Shown: one piece after another, positions 10,238 through 19,266 of the stretch | Layout: each line of letters begins with the position of its first letter | Numbering within the stretch: the stretch's first letter is position 1 | From: Planctomycetota bacterium | Lineage (GTDB): Bacteria > Planctomycetota > GCA-002687715 > CAIWVZ01 | Reading direction: 5' to 3' | NCBI GenBank assembly: GCA_044222185.1 | Contig: JBGANV010000001.1 | Span: 1,856,001-1,920,000, forward strand | DNA: 64,000 bases | Made by a program: the position numbers and the translations under genes | Notes under the pieces: generated by a model | The model's input: the letters and a program-made list of their open reading frames with translations, nothing else | What the model was told of the DNA's origin: nothing | Databases searched by the model: none

Positions 10238-12178
10238 TCAGCGCACCTCGAAGGCGCTCCGGCCTGGCTGCGCGGCGACGCGTCGCGTCGATGCCGAACC
10301 GATCACCGTCTCGCGCACGCGGGCCGCGATGCCGATGGGGTCGAAGCGAAGCTCGCGGAGCATCTCGGCGCGCGTTCCATGCGGGATGAACGCGTCGGGA
10401 AGAGCGATCGGGCGGATCTTGTCCGTGCGGCCGCCGACCAGTGCCAGCTCCTCCATCACGTGGGCGCCGAAGCCGCCGCGGATCGTGTGCTCTTCGATCG
10501 TGAACACGTGAGGGAAGCGCTCGGTCACGTCCTGGATCATCTCGAGGTCGAGCGGACGCACGAACCGCGCGTTGACCACCGTCGCCTGGATGCCGTCCCG
10601 AGCGAGGATCTCGGCGGCCTCCATCGCGTGATAGACCATGTGGCCCAACGCAACGAGCGCAACGTCCGACCCCGTGCGAAGCGTTTCCGACTTGCCCAGC
10701 GCCAGTTCGCGGCGAACCGGGTGCTCCTTCGCCGGATGCGCGGCGTAGGTACGCGGGTAGCGGATTGCTGCCGAGAGCGGCCCGTCGAGCGCGAGGTCGA
10801 GCATCGCCTTGAACTCGGACTCGTCACGGGCCGAGTACAGATGGATGTCCGGGAAGGCCCTCATGAACGCGATGTCGAAGCACCCGTTGTGCGTGGCACC
10901 ATCGGGGCCGACGACGCCGGCGCGGTCGAGGCAGAACACCACCGGGACGTGGTTCAGCGCGATCTCCTGGAAGATCTCGTCGAACGCGCGCTGGAGGAAC
11001 GTGGAGAAGATGGCGCAGACGGCCTTCTTCCCCGCCTTGCGCAGGCCCGAGGCGAAGGCGACGGCGTGCTGCTCGCAGATGCCCACGTCGTGCGTGCGCT
11101 CGGGGAACAGCTTCTGGAACTTCGACACGCCCGTGTTGTCCGGCATGGCCGCCGTGATCACGTGGAGGTCGGGGTCGCGTTTGCCGCGAGCGATCGCCGC
11201 CTCGGCGAAGATGTTGCTCCAGTTCTTCTCGCCCTGGGCGGTGAACTCGAGGTCCGGCCCCTGCTGCGGCTCGACCTTGGGCGAGACGCCGTGGAACGTG
11301 ATCGGGTCGTGGGCGGCGCGCGTGTGGCCCTGCCCCTTCTTCGTGATCACGTGGAGCATGTGGAACCCGGGCTGACGCTTCAGATCCTGGAGGATCGAGA
11401 TCAGGTGCGGGATGTCGTGGCCGTTCACCGGTCCGAAGTAGCGGCCGCCGAGGGCTTCGAAGAGCGAGCCGCCGGGCGACACGGTCTTCACCAGCACTTC
11501 GCGCGTCTCCTCCAATGCGCGATCGAGCCGCTCGCCCACGAGCGGAATCTTCTTCAACAGGCCGTGGAACGCGTCCTTCGCCTCGTTGTAGAAGGTGCCG
11601 GCCCGCACGCGCGCGAGGTACTCGGAGAACGCGCCCACCGACTTCGAGATGGACATCTCGTTGTCGTTGAGGATCACCGTGAGGTTGCGCTTCTTGAGCG
11701 TGCCTGCGTGGTTCAACGCTTCGAACGCGACGCCGGTGGCCATGGACGCGTCACCGATGACGGCGATGGCGCGCTTGTCGTTGTCGGCGTTCGCGACTGC
11801 GTAGCCGAGCGCCGTCGAGATGCTCGTGCCCGCGTGAGCGAAGAGGTAGTGGTCGTAGGGCGACTCGTCCGGGTTGGTGTATCCGGCAAGACCGTGCCGC
11901 TGGCGGATCGTGTGGAACCGATCGCGCCGTCCCGTGATGATCTTGTGCGGATACGCCTGGTGCGAGACGTCCCAGATCAGCACGTCGCGGAGGAAGTCGT
12001 GCACGTAGTGGAGCGCGAGCGTCAGGTCGATCACGCCCAGCCCCGAGGCCAGGTGTCCGCCGTTCTTCTCGAGGACGCGGGTGATGAGCTCGCCGATTTC
12101 ACCTGCGACGATGGGAAGGTCGCTGATCGGGAGCTGGCGCAGATCCGCGGGGTCGTTGATGCGTTCGAGCAGGCCCAT
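10238..12178 (-). CDS. dxs: 1-deoxy-D-xylulose-5-phosphate synthase
   Basis: GGHLASGLG, WDVSHQAYPHKI, GDASM, NDNEMSI and DVGICEQH motifs. Confidence 0.97.
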   Translation of the reverse strand: MGLLERINDPADLRQLPISDLPIVAGEIGELITRVLEKNGGHLASGLGVIDLTLALHYVHDFLRDVLIWDVSHQAYPHKIITGRRDRFHTIRQRHGLAGYTNPDESPYDHYLFAHAGTSISTALGYAVANADNDKRAIAVIGDASMATGVAFEALNHAGTLKKRNLTVILNDNEMSISKSVGAFSEYLARVRAGTFYNEAKDAFHGLLKKIPLVGERLDRALEETREVLVKTVSPGGSLFEALGGRYFGPVNGHDIPHLISILQDLKRQPGFHMLHVITKKGQGHTRAAHDPITFHGVSPKVEPQQGPDLEFTAQGEKNWSNIFAEAAIARGKRDPDLHVITAAMPDNTGVSKFQKLFPERTHDVGICEQHAVAFASGLRKAGKKAVCAIFSTFLQRAFDEIFQEIALNHVPVVFCLDRAGVVGPDGATHNGCFDIAFMRAFPDIHLYSARDESEFKAMLDLALDGPLSAAIRYPRTYAAHPAKEHPVRRELALGKSETLRTGSDVALVALGHMVYHAMEAAEILARDGIQATVVNARFVRPLDLEMIQDVTERFPHVFTIEEHTIRGGFGAHVMEELALVGGRTDKIRPIALPDAFIPHGTRAEMLRELRFDPIGIAARVRETVIGSASTRRVAAQPGRSAFEVR

Positions 12179-12189
12179 ACCGAACTCTC

Positions 12190-13083
12190 CTAGGACGAGC
12201 GGTCCGTGACGAAGCGCGCAAGCGCACGGAGCTGACCTCCCCGGTCGAGTCCGTTCAGCGCGCGCAGCGCCTCGTCGATCATGTTGCGTGCAATCTCTTT
12301 CGAGCGGTCGAGGCCGACGGCGGCCGGATAGGTGATCTTTCCGCGTTCGCGGTCCTTCTTCGTGCCCTTGCCCAGCTGCTCCGGCGAGCTCGTCTCGTCC
12401 AGGATGTCGTCGACGACCTGGAACGCGTGCCCGAGCAGTTCGCCGAAGCGGCGGAGGGCCTCCACCTTCGCGGCACCGGCGCGGCCGGCGAGCGCGGGCA
12501 TGGTGCACGATGCACGAAGCAGCGCCGCGGTCTTGCGCAGGTGGATGTCGGCGACGAGGCGCTCGTCGGGAACCTTGCCCTCGGCGGTGATGTCGAGGAT
12601 CTGCCCGCCGATCATCCCTTCCGTACCCGTCGCCCGCGCCAGCTCGATGATGAGCTCGGGGACGACGGTCGGATCGGGCGTATGACGCGCGACGATCTCG
12701 AATGCCAGCGTGGAGAGGGCGTCGCCTGCGAGGATCGCCACGGCCTCACCGAAGACCTTGTGATTGGTCGGGCGACCGCGGCGCAGGTCGTCGTCGTCCA
12801 TGGCGGGCAGATCGTCGTGGATGAGACTGAATGCGTGGATGAGCTCGAGGGCGCAGGCCGACGGGAGAACGGCGGCCTGGGGAAGCTCGAGCGCGTCGGC
12901 GACGGTGAGCGCGAGGGCGGGCCGTAGCCGCTTGCCGCCGGAGAAAACCGAGTACCGCATGGAGCGGTGGACGTCCGTCGGCTTGGCTGTCTCCGGCGGC
13001 ATCCATCGATCCAATGCCTGATCGACGATGGCGGAGGCGCGCGCGAGGTGTTCGGCGACGTTGACTTCGGGCTCGGTCCGCAT
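12190..13083 (-). CDS. ispA: Polyprenyl (farnesyl/geranyl) diphosphate synthase
   Basis: GGKRLRP, SLIHDDLPAMDDDDLRRGRPTNH and FQVVDDILD; conserved xseB-ispA-dxs order. Confidence 0.93.
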   Translation of the reverse strand: MRTEPEVNVAEHLARASAIVDQALDRWMPPETAKPTDVHRSMRYSVFSGGKRLRPALALTVADALELPQAAVLPSACALELIHAFSLIHDDLPAMDDDDLRRGRPTNHKVFGEAVAILAGDALSTLAFEIVARHTPDPTVVPELIIELARATGTEGMIGGQILDITAEGKVPDERLVADIHLRKTAALLRASCTMPALAGRAGAAKVEALRRFGELLGHAFQVVDDILDETSSPEQLGKGTKKDRERGKITYPAAVGLDRSKEIARNMIDEALRALNGLDRGGQLRALARFVTDRSS

Positions 13084-13365
13084 TCAGTCCTCGTCCTCGC
13101 TATCGAGACCCGGATCCAGGTGCGCCGCGGGTTCGATGCGGTCGGACCCGTCGGGGTTGCGCGTCAGCACGTCGATACGGCGTTCGAACTCGGCCAGGCG
13201 CCCCAGCAGATCTTGATGCAACTTCTTGCCGCGCTCGAACGTGGCGATGGCTTCCTCGAGTCCGAGACGTCCACCCTCCAATGAGGCGATGAGGCCGTTC
13301 AACTCCTCGAGCTTGGACTCGAAGGTTGGCTGGGGGGAGGGTTCGTTCGGGGTCGGGTCGGCCAC
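13084..13365 (-). CDS. xseB: Exodeoxyribonuclease VII small subunit
   Basis: TFESKLEELNGLIASLEGGRLGLEEAIATFERG; GTG start preceded by TGcTACACT. Confidence 0.92.
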   Translation of the reverse strand: MADPTPNEPSPQPTFESKLEELNGLIASLEGGRLGLEEAIATFERGKKLHQDLLGRLAEFERRIDVLTRNPDGSDRIEPAAHLDPGLDSEDED

Positions 13366-13576
13366 GGATGAGGGCGAGTGTAGCAGCGGGTCCTGGCGGT
13401 CACAGGAGCTCGGGACCCACGTCCGAAGGTGCTCCGACGGCGTGGAAAGCCGCGTCCAAGCGCAGCCGGAACCGGTGGCCACGCGTGGTCGAACCGGCAG
13501 CCGGCGCTACGCCGACGTAACGCATCGGCGCACGGCGGACGCTTGGGTGCCGGGCGAAACCCGGCTCGCCCGGCCC

Positions 13577-13592
13577 GGGAACGGCGATTGCA
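13577..13592 (+). promoter_or_regulatory. Putative sigma54 promoter
   Basis: GGGAACGGCGATTGCA (GG-N10-GC), about 23 nt before ATG 13615. Confidence 0.45.
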
Positions 13593-13614
13593 TGCCAGCG
13601 CCCGGGAAAACCAT

Positions 13615-14409
13615 ATGAAGTCACACGTCGCCTGGGCGGTCGCCGTCGCCCTCCTCGTCATCATCGCGCGACCCTCCGAGGGGCAGTTCCAGGTCGTCGT
13701 GGGGCCGTCGGTCGTGCCGTTCGCGAGCCCCGTCTGGATCGCCATCATGAACGAAGGGCCGACGACGCTCGGGTATGCGAGCGGATGCACCATCGCTCAG
13801 ATCCGCAGCGCGTCCGGGCAGGTCGTCCACCAGCCGATCTACTGCGCTCCCGTCGTCATCACGATTCCCCCGGGCACCGTCTACGTCGATGCCTGGAGCC
13901 AGTTCGGGAACTACGGCGCGGCTCAGGGACCGACACAGGTGCCCCCGGGCACCTACACGATGGACGTCCTCAACCCGACGGGCACCGGGGTCACCTCCCG
14001 GACGTTCACCATCGGCGGGTCTGCCGCAGCCCTGATGCCGCTCGGGGTCCTGCGCCCCGGTTACACGCTCCCCGTGGCGATGAATGCACCTTCGGATGCC
14101 GGTTGGCCGTACCTGATCGCGGCGGCCGCCGGTGCGACGGGTATTCCGACGTGCGGGGGAACGATCCCGCTCGCACTCGATCCGCTCCTGCTCACCACGA
14201 TCGCGCCCGGGAACGGCCTCCTGACCCAGGGATCGGGCACCCTCGGCTCGACCTTCTACCCGCAGCTCGCGAATCTGCCGACCGTCACGATCCCGAACGT
14301 ACCCCAGCTCACGGGAGCGACGTTCGCGCTGGCGTTCGTGGCACTCGACCCCGCAGGGCCGTGTCTCATTCGACGGATCTCGGCGGCGGCGCTCGTGACG
14401 GTTCAATGA
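13615..14409 (+). CDS. Secreted hypothetical protein with Ig-like N-domain and conserved C-terminal domain
   Basis: Signal peptide MKSHVAWAVAVALLVIIARPSEG, a QVPPGTY Ig-like motif, and C-terminus IPNVPQLTGATFALAFVALDP. Confidence 0.8.
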   Translation: MKSHVAWAVAVALLVIIARPSEGQFQVVVGPSVVPFASPVWIAIMNEGPTTLGYASGCTIAQIRSASGQVVHQPIYCAPVVITIPPGTVYVDAWSQFGNYGAAQGPTQVPPGTYTMDVLNPTGTGVTSRTFTIGGSAAALMPLGVLRPGYTLPVAMNAPSDAGWPYLIAAAAGATGIPTCGGTIPLALDPLLLTTIAPGNGLLTQGSGTLGSTFYPQLANLPTVTIPNVPQLTGATFALAFVALDPAGPCLIRRISAAALVTVQ

Positions 14410-14508
14410 GGCACACCGCGCCACGGCCTCGCCGATGGCGGCAACACCACGTGGAGCGGGTCTCAGGAGGACGGTGACCGGGAATCCCTGACCGTCACGG
14501 CGCGAAGG

Positions 14509-14537
14509 TTGACTCGGGCAAGTGACTCCCCTACGCT
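14509..14537 (+). promoter_or_regulatory. Putative sigma70 promoter
   Basis: TTGACT-N17-TACGCT upstream of 14628. Confidence 0.55.
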
Positions 14538-14627
14538 CGGCGACGCAACGTTCGTTCGTCGTCGTCTGCCCTCCGTGAACCGTGCCGGACTCCCGGCACT
14601 GCTCCCTCTTCGCGCGAGTCTCCGCTC

Positions 14628-15686
14628 ATGAACAAGATCGTTGTCTGCGCGTCTCTTCTGATCTCCGCTGCAGTTTCAGCCCAGGGGACCATTTTCGTTC
14701 CCGACAACGCAGCCGGCGTGGGCACCTGCAACGCCTTCCCATTCAACAACGCCGCGTTCACCTACGCAGCGCGCGTGCCCGCCAGCTTCCTCGATCCGCT
14801 GCAAACGCTCATCGACGACGTGGCCTTCGCGCCATGCTCGACCGGCTTCTTCCAAGCGACGGCGCTCCAGATGGGGATCGGCCACGTTCCCACGCCGCTT
14901 CCCGTGCCGTTCACGTTCCCCACGTTCGACGTCGCGGGCAACGTGACTGCGCTGGGCAGCTTCATCGACTTCCAGCCGATCTGGAACACGGTCTCGCAGG
15001 GCCCGTTCACCTGGAACTACACGCTGAACACGTGGTCGCCGCTCGGCTTCGCAGGCCTGGGTGGCACGGGCTTCGTGTGGAACGGCACGAGCGACATCGC
15101 GTTCTTCATCACGTTCTCCGGCGGAAGCGGTGGGCCCACGTGCCACCGTACGAGCACGGAGCCGTTCCGCGTCTACACGTCGGGCGTCTTCCAAGCGGGC
15201 GCGTCGACGGGCTCGGGCGCTTCGGGGTTCAAGATGGAACTGTTCACGCGGCCCGCCATCGCGGCGACGGTCACGCCCGTCGGCACGGGGTGCCCCGGAA
15301 CCGGGTCGATCTCCCCCGCGCTCTCGAGTTCGGCCTTTCCCGTGATCGGCAACCTCCTGTTCCACGTCGACGTGTCACAAGGTCCGCCGGGGGCCACGGC
15401 GCTTCTCTACCTCTCGATCGGACTTGCACCTGCTCCGCTGAACGTGGGCTTCGGCTGCAATGCCTATCTCGATCTCAGCACCATGCTCGCGCTCGTCGGA
15501 GCCGGGTTGCTGCCGCTCGGGCCCGTCGTCCTCGACACGTCGGGCATCGGGATCTTCCCAGTGCCGGTCCCGCCGGATCCAACGCTCGCGGGTGTCCACG
15601 TGGGCTTCCAGGCCGTCATCCTCGATGCCGGCGCACCGCTGACGATCACGCTGACGAACGCCCTCGACGCGTTGCTGAACCCCTGA
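14628..15686 (+). CDS. Secreted hypothetical protein with conserved C-terminal domain
   Basis: Signal peptide MNKIVVCASLLISAAVSAQ and strong high-GC codon bias. C-terminal G.GCPG...PVPPDPTLAGVHVGFQAVILD...TNAL. Confidence 0.85.
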   Translation: MNKIVVCASLLISAAVSAQGTIFVPDNAAGVGTCNAFPFNNAAFTYAARVPASFLDPLQTLIDDVAFAPCSTGFFQATALQMGIGHVPTPLPVPFTFPTFDVAGNVTALGSFIDFQPIWNTVSQGPFTWNYTLNTWSPLGFAGLGGTGFVWNGTSDIAFFITFSGGSGGPTCHRTSTEPFRVYTSGVFQAGASTGSGASGFKMELFTRPAIAATVTPVGTGCPGTGSISPALSSSAFPVIGNLLFHVDVSQGPPGATALLYLSIGLAPAPLNVGFGCNAYLDLSTMLALVGAGLLPLGPVVLDTSGIGIFPVPVPPDPTLAGVHVGFQAVILDAGAPLTITLTNALDALLNP

Positions 15687-15727
15687 GTCGTTCGGACCGT
15701 CGGCACGAGCGCGTCGAGTCGGCGCGC

Positions 15728-17164
15728 TCAGCCGCGGTCCGCCCCATCGGGCGCCCCTGACTCACGCGGCGAAATCGCCCGTGGGAGCTGCTCGCGCACT
15801 TCGGAAATCAGGTCGTCGCCCGAAGCGACGGTGGATCGGATGCGAGCGCCCGGGGCGATGTCGCGACTGTCGCGCACGAGACGTCGTACGCCATTCGCCT
15901 CCACCCACGTGAGCGAGAACCCCCGCCCGAGGACGGCCACCGGATCGAGCGCTTTCAGGGCGCTGGCCTGCGCCAGGAGCTGACCGGCCGCGCGAACGAG
16001 TGGCGGACGGACCGCCGAACGCATGCGACCAAATGCGTCGTCCACGACCTTGCGCAAGGCGGCCAGGCGGGCCGTCGGCCGATTGGCACCCAGAACCCTC
16101 TCGGCGACGCGCAGCGCATCCGCGCAACGATCGACCTGTTTGCGAAGCGCCGCACGCAGCTCGTCGTCGAGCGCGTCCAGATGCTGGCGTTCTTCGTCGA
16201 TGCGTCGGCGGAAATTCGCGAGCCCCGAGCTGCGACCGGCCGCGGCGAGCGCGGCTCGCGCCTCGCGCGCGATGACGCGCACGGCACGGCGTGAGCGAGA
16301 CGCGAGGTCGCGCAGCCCGGCGTCGAGTTCGGCGAGCACGGGCACGACCAGTTCGCCGGCCTGTGACGGCGTCGCTGCGCGCACGTCGGCCACCTCGTCG
16401 GCCAGCGTCGTGTCGATTTCGTGTCCGACGGCCGAGATCACCGGGACGCGCGATCCGAAGATGGCGCGCGCGACCGGCTCCTCGTTGAACGCCCACAGAT
16501 CCTCGGCGCTGCCCCCACCGCGGCCGACGATCGCGACGTCGACGTCGGCGACGAGGCTCGCTCGTCGAAGGCCGTCGGCGACGTCCGACGCCGCGCCGTC
16601 CCCCTGCACCTTCACGGGCACGAGCAGCAGGCGCGCCCGGGGAAAACGGCGCAGGATCACACGGATGAGGTCACGCACGGCTGCGCCGGTCGGCGACGTC
16701 ACGAGAGCGATGCGGCGAGGAATCGGTGGAAGTGCGCGCTTGCGGGATGGATCCAGCAGGCCCTCCGCTCGCAGTCGCTCGCGAAGTTGCTTGAGGATCA
16801 GCTCACGGGCGCCGAGGCCCGCGGGCTCCATGTGGTTCACGACCAACTGGTACCGGCCGCCGGGAGGATAGAGCGTCACCTGCCCGCGGACCCGGACCTG
16901 CATTCCATCCGCCGGACGGAACGCCAGCGTTCGGACGCGCGCCGCCCACATCACTCCGTCGACGCGCGCCGTCTCGTCCTGGAGCCCGAAGTAGAAGTGC
17001 CCGGACGCGGCGTTCGTCGGGCGCGAGATCGCGCCTTCGACCCAGACGTCCGGGTACTCGGCTTCGAGCAGGCGCTTGACCCGAGTGTTCAGTTCAGCGA
17101 CGGTGAGCGGCCGCTCGGCGGCGTCATGGGGACCAGAGAGGCGTGGGCGTCCGGCGAATGGCAC
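15728..17164 (-). CDS. xseA: Exodeoxyribonuclease VII large subunit
   Basis: VWVEGAIS, SGHFYF, GRGGGSAEDLWAFNEE, SAVGHEID and RAATPSQAGE. Confidence 0.96.
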   Translation of the reverse strand: MPFAGRPRLSGPHDAAERPLTVAELNTRVKRLLEAEYPDVWVEGAISRPTNAASGHFYFGLQDETARVDGVMWAARVRTLAFRPADGMQVRVRGQVTLYPPGGRYQLVVNHMEPAGLGARELILKQLRERLRAEGLLDPSRKRALPPIPRRIALVTSPTGAAVRDLIRVILRRFPRARLLLVPVKVQGDGAASDVADGLRRASLVADVDVAIVGRGGGSAEDLWAFNEEPVARAIFGSRVPVISAVGHEIDTTLADEVADVRAATPSQAGELVVPVLAELDAGLRDLASRSRRAVRVIAREARAALAAAGRSSGLANFRRRIDEERQHLDALDDELRAALRKQVDRCADALRVAERVLGANRPTARLAALRKVVDDAFGRMRSAVRPPLVRAAGQLLAQASALKALDPVAVLGRGFSLTWVEANGVRRLVRDSRDIAPGARIRSTVASGDDLISEVREQLPRAISPRESGAPDGADRG

Positions 17165-17224
17165 GGCGCATGATACTCGTGCGGAGGATCCCCACAGGGA
17201 GGCCTCGCGGCGGTCTGGCGTCGG

Positions 17225-17410
17225 TCACTTCGCCGCCTTGGGATCGCCGATGATGCACTGCACCGGGCAGATCGGCAGGCAGTCGCCGCACTCCGTGCAG
17301 GCTTCGGAGTCGACGACGAACGTCTGGTCGTCCTCGTGGATGCAATGCACCGCGCACACCTCGGTGCACAGCGCACAACAGACGCATTCGTTCTCGACGA
17401 TGTGGGCCAT
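17225..17410 (-). CDS. 2[4Fe-4S] ferredoxin
   Basis: 61 aa with two CxxCxxCxxxC motifs (CVCCALCTEVC; CTECGDCLPICP). Confidence 0.92.
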   Translation of the reverse strand: MAHIVENECVCCALCTEVCAVHCIHEDDQTFVVDSEACTECGDCLPICPVQCIIGDPKAAK

Positions 17411-17529
17411 GGGACTGCTGTCATCATCGTCCACCGCCGTCGGCGAGTTCAGCGAATCCGAATCGACTCGGGAGCAGAGGTTTCCGCCGCCCCCCACGCG
17501 TCGCGGGTCGCCGCGAGCCTGCGACCGAA

Positions 17530-17670
17530 ACCAGATGCCATCTCCAGTTGGTTCGTCGGTGAGACGCTCGACGACCTGCAGGGCCCGAGGTACGCCCGGA
17601 AAACGAACCGAATTCCCACGAGGCCGGGATCGAACGGCACGTTGGTAGTAGTCGCTGTCCCAGAGCAGGT
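17530..17670 (-). pseudogene. Orphan fragment of the C-terminal domain shared by the 13615 and 14628 proteins
   Basis: Reads GTATTTNVPFDPGLVGIRFVFRAYLGP...PTNQLEMASG. No credible start or signal peptide upstream. Confidence 0.5.
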
Positions 17671-17937
17671 CGGCCGCCGCTGAGCCCGGGGGTCGAACTT
17701 CCGAGCGTGGATTCGGGCCGAGGGGCGGCGTGATGCGTTCGACTGCCGAGCACGCTGCACCGTGATCCGCCGCCATCGGCGATGGCGCGATGCTCCAGAC
17801 TGCTTCGAGCGCGCCGCGCAAGTCGACGCGAGACGTCGATGCGAAAGTCGCGACGCGCGGCGACCGCCCGGGGCGACTCCACGGTGCGCCACGCCGTCAC
17901 TCTGCGGCCGCGAACCAGGACTCTGACGCAGCAGCGC

Positions 17938-19266
17938 TCAGCGAGACTTCACGAACGTGAAGTTCGACTTGATCCAGTCCTCGGCGTTCACGCCGAGCAC
18001 CACGATCTGGTAGCGGTTGTTGAAGAAGGGACTCTTCGCGGGCCGCCCGCTGATGCCCTGGTGGAACGTGACCGTTCCACCCTCGAATTGCAGTTCGAGC
18101 AGGTCGGTGCGCGAGAGCGTGCACGCGAGCGAATCGGCTTCGATCACCTTGGCGAGGGATCCGTCCGTCGCGCGCACTTCCATGGTCACGCCCTGGAGCT
18201 TGCCGCTGGCGAGGCTCTCGGCCCGAGTGACGACGTAGCGATCGCTTCCGCGGTGATTCTTCAGGAGTTTGTTCAGCGCATCGAGCTGTGCCGGATCGAC
18301 GGATTGCGGCTTGGCGGGAGTGGGGTCGGCCTTCGCTGCGGCATTCGCGGGCGCGTCGGCTGGCCCCGCCGGGTTCGTGGGCTTCGGATCCGGAGTCTCC
18401 TTGGGCCCTTCGACCGGGGCCTTGGGCTCGACCTTCGCGACCGGCGGCGCGCTCTCGGCCGTAGCACGGTCCTTCAGGCTCGCGATCAAGTTGTTCAGCT
18501 GCCCGATGAGTCGCTGGTCGGAGAGCGATTGCGCCGTCAGGCGAGCGTTGTCCTTCTCGAGCTCGGCGAGTCTCGTCTTCTGTTCGTTCGACGCCGTCTG
18601 GAGCGCGCCGAGGCTCGCCTTCGTGGCACCGTTCTCCTCACGCGCCGTGTCGCGCTCGCGGCGAAGCACGTCGCGTTCGGCCGTCAGCGAGTCGAGCCCC
18701 TTGCGGAGCTGGTCGACCTCCTGCCGATACGACTCGCGATCCTGGGTTTCGACGCTGCGCAGCCGGTTCTCGACCTTGTCCAGAGCGGTACGGACTTCGG
18801 CGTCACGTTTCGCCGGGTCGAGGGCTTCACGCAGGTCCGTCCGCAACGCGTCGTTTCCTTCGCGCATCGACATGGCGATGCCGACCCCGACCGCCGCGAG
18901 AATCAGCACGGCGACGAGAAGCAGGACGAATCGACCGCGGTTCAGGCCGTTCGATCGCGTCTCGGCCAGCTGTTCCGACAGTCGTTCCTGGACCTGCTGC
19001 AATCCCTTGAACGAATCGTTCAGTGCTCGCGCCGAGTTGATCACCAGTTCGTGGCGCTTGTTGTCCTTGACGGCGTCCTCCAGCGTCCGCTGGCGATCGT
19101 GCAGATCCTTGAGCAACTCGACCTGGACCTGCATGGCTCGCGCGATCTGGTCGATCGGCTGCCCGACCGCGCGGTTGTCGCCACGGTCGCCGGTGGTCGT
19201 CGGGAGGTTGTCGCCGCCCCGCGAGCCTGGGTCCTGCTGTGAACGCGGATTGGGTTGCGGGCTCAT
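17938..19266 (-). CDS. Single-pass membrane coiled-coil protein
   Basis: Coiled-coil, TM (FVLLLVAVLILAAVGVGIAM), long coiled-coil, Pro-rich linker and globular C-domain. ATGA overlap with the upstream gene. Confidence 0.8.
   Translation of the reverse strand: MSPQPNPRSQQDPGSRGGDNLPTTTGDRGDNRAVGQPIDQIARAMQVQVELLKDLHDRQRTLEDAVKDNKRHELVINSARALNDSFKGLQQVQERLSEQLAETRSNGLNRGRFVLLLVAVLILAAVGVGIAMSMREGNDALRTDLREALDPAKRDAEVRTALDKVENRLRSVETQDRESYRQEVDQLRKGLDSLTAERDVLRRERDTAREENGATKASLGALQTASNEQKTRLAELEKDNARLTAQSLSDQRLIGQLNNLIASLKDRATAESAPPVAKVEPKAPVEGPKETPDPKPTNPAGPADAPANAAAKADPTPAKPQSVDPAQLDALNKLLKNHRGSDRYVVTRAESLASGKLQGVTMEVRATDGSLAKVIEADSLACTLSRTDLLELQFEGGTVTFHQGISGRPAKSPFFNNRYQIVVLGVNAEDWIKSNFTFVKSR

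Noticed and set aside
15707-15729. GC hairpin between convergent genes as a terminator
   Set aside because: No U-tract on either side; insufficient support
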